Below, one piece after another: positions 18,890 to 27,538 of a stretch of DNA of 64,000 bases. The notes below the pieces were generated by a model, which saw only the letters and a list, made by a program, of their open reading frames with translations, was not told the DNA's origin and ran no database searches. The position numbers and the translations under genes are program-made. How positions within the stretch are numbered: the stretch's first letter is position 1; the number at the start of each line of letters is the position of its first letter. The DNA lies in assembly GCA_030674455.1 (NCBI GenBank), contig JAUSGQ010000007.1, positions 19,947 to 83,946 of the forward strand, read 5' to 3'. This stretch comes from a bacterium. GTDB lineage: Bacteria > Patescibacteriota > Minisyncoccia > Phycocordibacterales > UBA2100.

Positions 18890-20149
18890 ATGTCTAATAT
18901 CGCACTTTCGCAGGTTTTGCGCGCTCGCGGGTACGTATACCAGCATTCGAGTGAGAAGCTGGAAGAAATTACAGATGGCGCTAAGCGCACGCTTTACTTA
19001 GGCATTGACCCCTCGGCCGACTCCTTACATGTAGGGCAACTACAGGCGTTTCTAATTCTTCGACGATTTCTAGAGGACGGCCACAAGTTAATCTTGTTGA
19101 TAGGCGGAGCCACGGGCATGATAGGCGACCCGAGCGGGAAGTCTGCCGAGCGTGTTCTTCAGGATGAAAAGACTGTCGCACGCAATGCAGAAATTATTTC
19201 GGCGCAAGTCAAAACGCTTCTCGGTTCCGGCGATTTTACCATTCTTGATAACTCCCAGTGGTTGTCTGAATTGAAGCTTATTGATTTTCTGCGCGATGCG
19301 GGCAAGCATTTCTCCGTAAATGCAATGCTTCAGAGAGATTTTATCAAGGAGCGGATAACAAATGTTGAAGAGGGAATATCATACACAGAATTTTCCTATG
19401 CGCTTTTACAAGCGTATGACTATTGGCACTTACACAAGAGTTACCAATGCGACCTGCAAGTTGGCGGCTCCGACCAGTGGGGAAACATTGTTTCTGGTAT
19501 AGATTTCATACGGCGTAAAGAGGGAAAAATCGTCTTCGGGCTAACATGGCCGCTGCTTGTCGATAAATCGGGTAAAAAGTTCGGCAAAAGCGAACAGGGA
19601 ACAATTTGGCTGGATCCGGCGAAAACGTCTCCATTCCAATTCTATCAATTTTGGATAAATATACCCGATGACGCTGTTCAGGAATATTTATTGAAGATGA
19701 CCACCGTTTCAGATTCGGAAATTCGCATGTTAATGACCGAACATAAGAAGAACCCGGGGAGCCGGAAAGCACAAAAGAGATTGGCACACGAGGCAACGAA
19801 ACTGGCTCATGGAGCGGACATCGCGAAAATCGTCGAGGATGTTTCCTCTGTTCTCTTTGGGAAGAAAGAAGCGAAAGAATTAAGCGCGGCCGAGCGCGAG
19901 ATGCTTCAAAAAGAAGCTCCATCATGCGAGGTGCGCCTCGGAGAAACGCTATTAGACATTTTAATTAAGACTAAGCTTGCCACTTCGCGCAGTCAGGCTC
20001 GCCAATTTATAGAAGATAACGCAGTCGCAGTAAACGGTGGCACTGTCTCCTTAATCGACAGGGTAATAATGCATGAGGATTTCCAAGACGCGCCGATTGC
20101 AACCTTAACGCGCGGCAAGCGCAACGCGGTAGTATTAACTCTAGGTTGA
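18890..20149 (+). CDS. tyrS: tyrosyl-tRNA synthetase with C-terminal S4 domain
   Basis: The HIGH-like GDPSAD region, KFGKS (KMSKS) motif and S4 domain are present. The likely ATG start is 18890. Confidence 0.9.
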   Translation: MSNIALSQVLRARGYVYQHSSEKLEEITDGAKRTLYLGIDPSADSLHVGQLQAFLILRRFLEDGHKLILLIGGATGMIGDPSGKSAERVLQDEKTVARNAEIISAQVKTLLGSGDFTILDNSQWLSELKLIDFLRDAGKHFSVNAMLQRDFIKERITNVEEGISYTEFSYALLQAYDYWHLHKSYQCDLQVGGSDQWGNIVSGIDFIRRKEGKIVFGLTWPLLVDKSGKKFGKSEQGTIWLDPAKTSPFQFYQFWINIPDDAVQEYLLKMTTVSDSEIRMLMTEHKKNPGSRKAQKRLAHEATKLAHGADIAKIVEDVSSVLFGKKEAKELSAAEREMLQKEAPSCEVRLGETLLDILIKTKLATSRSQARQFIEDNAVAVNGGTVSLIDRVIMHEDFQDAPIATLTRGKRNAVVLTLG

Positions 20150-20302
20150 ATCTGTCGAGAAAGTACACTTTGCGGCTCAATCCTGATAGAGTGGGCGGAT
20201 GGCCAAGTTTAAAATTAAATCGGACTACAAACCGGCAGGCGACCCCGATACCATAAGTTCTGCGAACTTAGCTACGGGGCGGGACATGCCATATTTTGAT
20301 GT

Positions 20303-22378
20303 ATGAGTAAATCTGGCGTATTCAAGCTACGTAGTGATTATCGACCAGCTGGAGATCAACCTACGGCTATAAAGTCACTCGTCGACGGCTTGAAAGAAGG
20401 GAAACGACACCAGACACTACTTGGCGTCACCGGTTCCGGCAAGACCTTTACGATGGCAAATGTGATTGAAAAAACGCAGAAACCTACGCTCGTCATTGCG
20501 CACAACAAGACGCTTGCCGCTCAACTCACTGCGGAATATCGCGAGTTCTTTCCCGAAAATGCAGTGCATTACTTTGTTTCTTATTACGATTACTATCAGC
20601 CGGAAGCATATATGCCGATAAGCGATACATATATCGAAAAAGAATCGCAAGTAAATGAGGACATAGAAAGGCTGCGGCACGCGGCGACGCAGGCGCTGCT
20701 TACAAGAAAAGATGTCATTGTCGTCGCGTCGGTCTCCTGCATTTATGGCCTAGGTAGCCCGTTTGAGTACGAGAAAGTAAACATGAAGCTCACGAAAGGA
20801 GAGCCGCTCACTCGCGCCGCTCTTATGAGACGACTAATCGGTATGTATTTCGAAAGAGTTGCCGGCGACCTTTCGCCCGGCACTTTTCGCGCGCTTGGCT
20901 CGTACGTGGAGATCATGCCGGCAAACGAGAGAATTATTAAAAGAATCGACCTCTCACAAGGTAAAGTCTCTAAAATAGAAGAAATCGACGCGACAACGCG
21001 TGAATCATTAGGGACGCACGACGCAATATTTGTTTTCCCGGCGAAGCATTATGTGACACCAAAGGATGTGCAAGAACTTGCACTTACTGATATTGAGCTC
21101 GAGCTTAAGGAACAGTTAAAAAAGTTTGATGCGGCTGGCAAAATATTGGAGGCGGAGCGATTGAAGCGAAGGACTCGTCAGGACATCTCAATGATACGCG
21201 AGTTCGGATTCTGCAACGGTATTGAAAATTATTCGCGGCACTTCGACAGACGGCAAGCGGGAGAGCCGCCGCATACTCTGCTTTCGTATTTTACGAAGAA
21301 TGTTGGAAGTTCAACGGATTTTCTCACAATTATAGATGAATCGCACGTTACCGTTCCGCAGATAGGCGGCATGTACGCAGGAGACCGCGCGCGCAAGGAT
21401 ATGCTGGTGCAACACGGATTCCGGCTTCCGAGCGCGATTGATAACAGACCGCTCAATTTTGATGAATTCCAAGAGCGTGTCGGACAAACAATTTATACGA
21501 GCGCGACACCCGGAACGTATGAATTAGAACATAGCGGCAAACCTATCGAACAGGTCATCCGCCCTACAGGACTCGTTGACCCAGAAATTATCGTGAAGCC
21601 CATCGTGGGCGGTGGACCGAGGACGGTCCTCAAGGGAGCCCGAGGACCGTCCTCGGTCCCCGAGAAGTATCCGGGGCAGGTAAAGGATTTCATCGCCGAG
21701 GCAGAAATCGTTACCAAGCGGGGCGGACGCTCGATGGTCACCGTCCTTACGAAAAAAATGGCAGAAGATCTGACAACCTTTTTGCTCGAAAAGAAGATTA
21801 GAGCGCAGTATGTACATTCCGACGTGAAAACAATCGAAAGAATAGAAATTCTTACGAATTTCCGCAAGGGCACGTTTGATGTATTGGTCGGCGTCAACTT
21901 ATTGCGAGAAGGATTGGATTTGCCCGAAGTCGAGCTCGTAGGAATTATGGACGCCGATAAAGAGGGCTTTCTGCGTTCCGAAACTTCACTCATCCAAACA
22001 ATCGGCCGAGCTGCGAGAAACGTGCTGGGTCGTGTGATTTTGTACGCGGATTCTCCTACGGGTTCTATGGAGAGGGCAATTCGCGTGACAAATGAGAGGC
22101 GCGCCCGCCAAATTGAATACAATAAGAAGCATGGTATTACGCCAAAAACGATAAAGACTAGGATAAAAGATATCGTGGGAGATATCGTAAGCGCAAGAAG
22201 GCGTGCGGTATTTGACCTTGCAAAGCTCGATTCTGCGGCATATGCGGGAAGCAAGGCAAGCTTAATCACAGCCAAGCGACGAGAAATGCGAGAGGCAGCG
22301 AGTATACTTGATTTTGAAACAGCCGCGCTTTTGCGGGATGAAATTCAAGAACTTGAAAAGGGTAAACGAAAGCGATAA
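20303..22378 (+). CDS. uvrB: excinuclease ABC subunit B
   Basis: Helicase motifs GVTGSGKT, the beta-hairpin region YYDYYQPEAY and a C-terminal UVR domain. Confidence 0.95.
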   Translation: MSKSGVFKLRSDYRPAGDQPTAIKSLVDGLKEGKRHQTLLGVTGSGKTFTMANVIEKTQKPTLVIAHNKTLAAQLTAEYREFFPENAVHYFVSYYDYYQPEAYMPISDTYIEKESQVNEDIERLRHAATQALLTRKDVIVVASVSCIYGLGSPFEYEKVNMKLTKGEPLTRAALMRRLIGMYFERVAGDLSPGTFRALGSYVEIMPANERIIKRIDLSQGKVSKIEEIDATTRESLGTHDAIFVFPAKHYVTPKDVQELALTDIELELKEQLKKFDAAGKILEAERLKRRTRQDISMIREFGFCNGIENYSRHFDRRQAGEPPHTLLSYFTKNVGSSTDFLTIIDESHVTVPQIGGMYAGDRARKDMLVQHGFRLPSAIDNRPLNFDEFQERVGQTIYTSATPGTYELEHSGKPIEQVIRPTGLVDPEIIVKPIVGGGPRTVLKGARGPSSVPEKYPGQVKDFIAEAEIVTKRGGRSMVTVLTKKMAEDLTTFLLEKKIRAQYVHSDVKTIERIEILTNFRKGTFDVLVGVNLLREGLDLPEVELVGIMDADKEGFLRSETSLIQTIGRAARNVLGRVILYADSPTGSMERAIRVTNERRARQIEYNKKHGITPKTIKTRIKDIVGDIVSARRRAVFDLAKLDSAAYAGSKASLITAKRREMREAASILDFETAALLRDEIQELEKGKRKR
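21614..21662. repeat. in-frame palindromic insert in uvrB (CCGAGGACGGTCCTC-AAGGGAGC-CGAGGACCGTCCTCGG), encoding GGGPRTVLKGARGPSSVPE
   Basis: The inverted repeat is visible. Relative to E. coli UvrB as I recall it, this region carries an extra segment of about 20 aa. Confidence 0.7.
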
Positions 22379-22488
22379 TTCTCAATTTACAATTTTGCAA
22401 TTTGCAATGAATTTACAATGATTAATTTACAACATTTATAAATTGAACCTTGATTGAAAATCGATAATTAAAAATTTAAAATTCAAGC

Positions 22489-23415
22489 ATGACCTTAGAC
22501 ATACGACATAATGTCCCCCTCGCTCCTCTGACCACTTTTAATATCGGCGGTCCGGCCAGATATTTCACCTACGTTCGCACAGAAAATGATATGCGGGAGG
22601 CGGTACTCTGGGCAAAGCAGAAATCAATCGACTTTGTTATTCTTTCCGGCGGCAGCAATGTGCTTATACCGGATGAAGGATTAAACAAACTCGTTATCCA
22701 TGTCATTAAGGGCGATTTTAGTATTCGGGAACAGTCGCTCACAGCCGATGCGGGATGTAATCTTTTGAAACTCATTCGAGCCGCCAGCGAAAACAATTTG
22801 GGAGGGTGGGAGAAACTGGCCGGCATTCCTGGGACGATTGGAGGTGCCATTCGCGGCAACGCAGGCGCGTTCGGGACTGAGATCAAAGACTTGCCCGTGA
22901 AAGTTCGTGCGCTGAATTATAAAACTTCGGAAATTAAGGAATTCCAAAATGCGGATTGCGGTTTTGCTTACCGCCGCAGCTTCTTTAAAGACAATCCGGA
23001 GTGGATTATTACGAATTTAGCAGTCAGACTGCTAAAAGTTGCCGAAGTTGAAAGTATAAGATTGATAGAGTACACCATAGCCGAACGAGAACAACGCCAT
23101 TTGCAGAATATACAAGCCGCAGGTTCGTATTTTATGAATCCGATTGTTCCGCCTGTGATTCAAGAACTCTTTGAGAACGATAAGGGTTTAAAATCAAAAG
23201 AGAATAGAGTCCCCGCGGGGTGGCTTATAGAAAGGGCAGGTATGAAAGGAGTAAAAGTCGGTGATGCCATTTCGAGTATTCAGCACCCAAATTATTTGGT
23301 TAACGATGGCAATGCGACCGCCAAAGATGTCAAACAGCTGGCACAAAGTATTAAGGACGCCGTTCACGCAAAGTTCGGTGTCAATCTCTGTGAAGAGGCA
23401 GTGATATTGTCTTGA
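22489..23415 (+). CDS. murB: UDP-N-acetylenolpyruvoylglucosamine reductase
   Basis: FAD-binding domain with the GGSN motif and a MurB C-terminal domain. Confidence 0.85.
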   Translation: MTLDIRHNVPLAPLTTFNIGGPARYFTYVRTENDMREAVLWAKQKSIDFVILSGGSNVLIPDEGLNKLVIHVIKGDFSIREQSLTADAGCNLLKLIRAASENNLGGWEKLAGIPGTIGGAIRGNAGAFGTEIKDLPVKVRALNYKTSEIKEFQNADCGFAYRRSFFKDNPEWIITNLAVRLLKVAEVESIRLIEYTIAEREQRHLQNIQAAGSYFMNPIVPPVIQELFENDKGLKSKENRVPAGWLIERAGMKGVKVGDAISSIQHPNYLVNDGNATAKDVKQLAQSIKDAVHAKFGVNLCEEAVILS

Positions 23416-23461
23416 TGAATGTCACTGCAACCTGTAACCTGTATCCTATAACCTACCCGAT

Positions 23462-24034
23462 ATGGAAAACTTTGCTGAAAGGACTCATGAGGCCATGCAA
23501 GATGTCGTTATGGTGCCGGGCGCTCCGGGGCCAGCCGTTCACTACTACATGATTCGAGGCGGTTCTAAGCAAAGAAACATTACAATTTGGCAAACGGGAA
23601 CGGTTGGCGGCGAATATATAAAAACGTACGGACACTACCATGTCGGTGATTTAGATGAGACTTATAAAATTCTGGAAGGAGAGGGAATCGCTCTTCTTCA
23701 AAAACTAGTAGTGGAAAATGGCGTTCCCGTTATTGACAGAGTCGATGAATTCAAAGCAATTAAGGTGAAGGCGGGCGATTCCATATACATGCCCCCGGGG
23801 TATGGGCATTTGGTAGTGAATACGGGAAGGACATGGCTCGTAACATCAGACGACAGCCCCGTCGATGGTTTTAACGATTCGGCATCTATGCCAGGACACG
23901 CTGATTACGAACCGGTAAAAAAGATGCGTGGATTTGCATATTACGTTGTCGAAAAAAGCGGCGCGCCCGCCCTCGTGCGCAATCCATTATATAAAGAAAT
24001 ACGTTCAGAAATATTAAATGGATTGTCTCAATAG
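23462..24034 (+). CDS. cupin-type glucose-6-phosphate isomerase (archaeal cPGI-like)
   Basis: At 190 aa with TYGHYH, ILEGEG and YMPPGYGHLVVNTG motifs, it resembles Pyrococcus-type cupin PGI in motifs and length as I recall them. Confidence 0.6.
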   Translation: MENFAERTHEAMQDVVMVPGAPGPAVHYYMIRGGSKQRNITIWQTGTVGGEYIKTYGHYHVGDLDETYKILEGEGIALLQKLVVENGVPVIDRVDEFKAIKVKAGDSIYMPPGYGHLVVNTGRTWLVTSDDSPVDGFNDSASMPGHADYEPVKKMRGFAYYVVEKSGAPALVRNPLYKEIRSEILNGLSQ

Positions 24035-24075
24035 TCATGATATATTTTAGTTTGGCATAAATTTGGGAGGACGCG

Positions 24076-24489
24076 ATGAATAAAAAACAGCTGCGGCTGT
24101 TTGTATTACCAGGGTCGTTATTAGCGCTGACGTTAGCGCTAATGATGTGGAACGGTAACACTTTTGATCTTTTTACTACCAATATTTGGTATGACAAGAT
24201 CATGCATTTGCTGGGAGGCGCCGGAGCGTGCATTCTAACGCTCTGGATTGCATCTATGCTAACGGATGATACGCGATGGAAAATTCTTCGCTTCGGTCTT
24301 CCGTTCGTAGGTGTAATTGGGGCCATTTGTTTCGGTCTAGGTTGGGAAGGATTAGAAGATTACTTCCCGATAATAACCGACTATGTCATCCAAAGCTCGG
24401 GGGATACCCTAGCGGATTTGTTTTTTGACATAGTCGGGGGCTATATCTCCTCCAGATACTATGAAGAAATCTGGAGGTGGCAATTATGA
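24076..24489 (+). CDS. hypothetical membrane protein
   Basis: 137 aa with 3-4 TM helices. Confidence 0.4.
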   Translation: MNKKQLRLFVLPGSLLALTLALMMWNGNTFDLFTTNIWYDKIMHLLGGAGACILTLWIASMLTDDTRWKILRFGLPFVGVIGAICFGLGWEGLEDYFPIITDYVIQSSGDTLADLFFDIVGGYISSRYYEEIWRWQL

Positions 24490-24490
24490 A

Positions 24491-24536
24491 GGCGACGAGG
24501 AATCGGCGATGACGCTACCTCGTCGCCGATTCTTTT
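24491..24536 (+). terminator. rho-independent terminator GGCGACGAGG...CCTCGTCGCC plus T-run
   Basis: Perfect 10-bp stem with a T-run immediately after it. Confidence 0.7.
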
Positions 24537-24590
24537 ATGTTATATTGCTCAGTACCAACCCTAGCGCAAAGCGAGGGTCGGTTTGTGTTT

Positions 24591-27287
24591 ATGTCAAAAA
24601 AAAACGAACATTCAGGGGAAGCCGAGAAAATCGTAGTTAAAGGCGCACGCACGCATAACTTGAAGAACATCACGGTAGAAATACCGCGGAATAAAATGGT
24701 GGTTTTTACAGGCCTTTCCGGCTCTGGGAAATCATCTCTCGCTTTTGACACCATATTTGCCGAGGGCCAGCGCAAATACGTGGAGTCTCTTTCTGCCTAT
24801 GCCCGTCAGTTCTTGCGGCAAATGCAAAAACCGGATGTCGATGAGATATCCGGCCTATCTCCTGCCATTTCAATAGACCAAAAATCGCGCTCGAATAATC
24901 CACGTTCCACAGTCGCTACAATTACCGAAATCTATGATTATCTGCGTGTTCTCTATGCGAGAGTAGGCAAACCTCACTGCACTATCTGCGGCAGGGAAGT
25001 TAAGAAACATACGAATGAGGAGATACTTGAGTCAGTTCTCAAAATAGTGGACAAGGCTCGAAAGTACCAAGGAGAGACCTTAAAATACCCAAGGTCTCAC
25101 CTTAAGGTTCAAGATAAGAAGCTCACAAAAAATGTATCGAGCGCAAAGGTCACAATAACGTCACCGGTGGTTGTCGGTAGAAAAGGGGAGTACTACCAGC
25201 TTCTTTATGACTTGCTCAATAAGGGATTCGAGAAAGTAATAATTGATGGCGAAGAGAAGAAGCTGCGTGAAAGAATCATTCTCGAGAAGAATCATAAACA
25301 CGATATAGATGTCGTGGTCGATGAAATATTTGTCAGTGAATTTGCCGACGATGCGAAAGCTGCGCGCGAACGGGCATCGGAAGCTATCGAAAGAGCTCTG
25401 CATGAATCCAATGGGCTGGTAAAGATAATAGGCGCGAGCGGAGAATCACACATTGTCTCGGCAAAGTTTATGTGCCCGTACGACGGATTCTCATTTCCTG
25501 AAATCGAGCCGCGGCTCTTTTCGTTCAATTCTCCGCATGGCGCTTGCCCCGCATGCAATGGCCTAGGTTCTAAGTATTTCTTTGGCGACGAGCCGTGCGA
25601 TGTGTGTAATGGTGCCCGGTTGCGTCCGGAGGCATTAAATGTGTTTCTTGGGACAAATAGTCGAGGAGACACCTCGCAAGCGAGGAGCCACCTCGACTCA
25701 CCCCATGGTCTGCATATTGTCGATTTAAGCTCGTCATCTATAGACGACGCAAAGAAATTCTTTGACTCGCTTAAACTTACCAAAAAGGAAGAGGAAATAT
25801 CCAAGGTCGTAATCAAAGAAATTATGAGCCGGCTGCGCTTTATGCAAGATGTCGGCATTGAATACTTAACACTCGACCGAAAAGCCAACACTCTATCGGG
25901 CGGTGAAGCACAGCGCATTCGTCTGGCATCACAGCTTGGAAGCGGGCTCGTTGGCGCGCTCTATGTGCTTGATGAGCCGACAATCGGGCTTCACCAGCGC
26001 GACAACGACAAACTTATTGAGACTCTCAAACACCTGCGCGATATCGGCAATACAGTAATCGTGGTAGAACACGATGAGGACACCATTTTCGCATCCGATT
26101 ACATCGTGGATCTAGGCCCTGGCGCTGGCATTCATGGAGGTAATGTCGTGGTGTCGGGGTGGCTCGATGAGCTATTGACCGCCAAATCCAATAAGTCCGG
26201 CTCGCGTACTCTTGCGTATCTACGTGGAGAGTCATCAATTGAAACGCCGGAGAAATGGCGAACTGCTGACAGAGGAAAGATAAAAATTCGCGGGGCTTCA
26301 AAATTTAACATTAAAAATATAAACGTTGATATACCGCTCGGCAAACTTGTGGCAATCACGGGGGTGTCTGGTTCCGGCAAGTCGACGTTTCTCTATGAGA
26401 TGCTTCATCGCAATTTGCTGGCGCGCTTTGATAAGCGGTACCGTACGGCAAAAATCTACAACTGCAAGGAATTCAGCGGAACGGAATATCTTTCACGCTC
26501 CATATTGATTGATCAATCGCCCATAGGAAGAACCCCGCGCTCAAATCCTGCAACGTACACAGGTGCTTTCACGCACATTCGCGACCTATTCGCGATGAGC
26601 GAGGATGCTCGAGCGCGCGGATGGGGTCCGGGACGATTTAGCTTCAATGTAAAAGGCGGGCGATGTGAGGTATGCCAGGGCAACGGCCTTGTCGCTGTCG
26701 AAATGCACTTTTTGCCGACGGTCTATGTCACATGCGACATGTGCAACGGAAAACGTTTTATGAAGGAGACACTTGATGTTAAATATAAAAAGAAAAGCAT
26801 TTATGACGTGTTATCCATGACCGTCGAAGAGGCCTCGGCCTTCTTTGAGGATGTTCCTGCAATATCTGACAGGTTAAAAACTTTGTCTGATGTTGGCCTG
26901 GACTATCTAGAACTCGGCCAGAGCGCGACAACTCTATCCGGCGGTGAAGCGCAGCGAGTGAAAATTGCGTCAGAACTATATCGGCCGTTGGATGCAAAAA
27001 CGATGTACCTGTTGGATGAACCCACTGTGGGACTCCACTACGACGACGTGCAAAAACTTATCGATATATTGCAAAAGCTGGTTCAGCGGGGAAATAGCGT
27101 CGTTGTTATCGAACACAATCTTGATGTCTTGAAATGCGCAGATTGGATTATGGATATGGGACCGGAAGGAGGCGCCGGAGGCGGCGAAATCGTAGCCCGA
27201 GGAACGCCGCTCGAAGTTTCTAAAACCGACGGCTCATACACCGGATATTATCTGAAGCGAGTTTTGAAGAGAAAGGTAAAAGATTGA
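24591..27287 (+). CDS. uvrA: excinuclease ABC subunit A
   Basis: Two ABC modules with zinc-finger Cys clusters. The start is set at Met 24591 to avoid overlapping the terminator. Confidence 0.95.
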   Translation: MSKKNEHSGEAEKIVVKGARTHNLKNITVEIPRNKMVVFTGLSGSGKSSLAFDTIFAEGQRKYVESLSAYARQFLRQMQKPDVDEISGLSPAISIDQKSRSNNPRSTVATITEIYDYLRVLYARVGKPHCTICGREVKKHTNEEILESVLKIVDKARKYQGETLKYPRSHLKVQDKKLTKNVSSAKVTITSPVVVGRKGEYYQLLYDLLNKGFEKVIIDGEEKKLRERIILEKNHKHDIDVVVDEIFVSEFADDAKAARERASEAIERALHESNGLVKIIGASGESHIVSAKFMCPYDGFSFPEIEPRLFSFNSPHGACPACNGLGSKYFFGDEPCDVCNGARLRPEALNVFLGTNSRGDTSQARSHLDSPHGLHIVDLSSSSIDDAKKFFDSLKLTKKEEEISKVVIKEIMSRLRFMQDVGIEYLTLDRKANTLSGGEAQRIRLASQLGSGLVGALYVLDEPTIGLHQRDNDKLIETLKHLRDIGNTVIVVEHDEDTIFASDYIVDLGPGAGIHGGNVVVSGWLDELLTAKSNKSGSRTLAYLRGESSIETPEKWRTADRGKIKIRGASKFNIKNINVDIPLGKLVAITGVSGSGKSTFLYEMLHRNLLARFDKRYRTAKIYNCKEFSGTEYLSRSILIDQSPIGRTPRSNPATYTGAFTHIRDLFAMSEDARARGWGPGRFSFNVKGGRCEVCQGNGLVAVEMHFLPTVYVTCDMCNGKRFMKETLDVKYKKKSIYDVLSMTVEEASAFFEDVPAISDRLKTLSDVGLDYLELGQSATTLSGGEAQRVKIASELYRPLDAKTMYLLDEPTVGLHYDDVQKLIDILQKLVQRGNSVVVIEHNLDVLKCADWIMDMGPEGGAGGGEIVARGTPLEVSKTDGSYTGYYLKRVLKRKVKD
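25660..25697. repeat. in-frame imperfect palindrome or direct repeat in uvrA (GTCGAGGAGACACCTCGC-AA-GCGAGGAGCCACCTCGAC), encoding [14 protein letters not shown]
   Basis: It uses the same CGAGGA/TCCTCG word as the uvrB insert. Relative to E. coli UvrA as I recall it, this region is about 18 aa longer. Confidence 0.55.
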
Positions 27288-27303
27288 GATGTCATCTCAA
27301 TCT
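27281..27303. terminator. hairpin AGATTGAGATG-T-CATCTCAATCT overlapping the uvrA stop codon (family of 3)
   Basis: 11-bp arms. Related copies lie at 36390..36420 and 41847..41867. Confidence 0.5.
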
Positions 27304-27538
27304 TTTCATCCTAAAGGGGTTTTAAAGCTATCCGGAGCTTAAGCTTGACTCAAATTCTGCAGGGTGTACAAAGCCATTATCATCGGCTGTTTTGTGGTCG
27401 ATGATCCGTTCCTCTGAGGGAAAGTGAGGGATTGTAGGTGGCATAAAAAGCCACACGCGGGATGTATTCAAAGCATCCCCAATGTGACCGGACTCTGACA
27501 CAACACGATTCGTGTGTTGCAGTGGCCGGTCTTTTTCT

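Noticed and set aside
20150-20302. Possible tRNA or small RNA in the tyrS-uvrB spacer (GC-rich segments GGGCGGATGGCC, CCCCG...CGGGG)
   Set aside because: There is no cloverleaf, no T-loop GTTCRANYC, and no acceptor-stem pairing. At most it is a hairpin or terminator.
21493-22275. Long antisense ORFs inside uvrB, uvrA, carB and lysS (for example 21493..22275 -, 25292..25918 -, 15449..16018 -)
   Set aside because: They lie on the strand opposite strongly supported conserved genes, and their translations are low-complexity.
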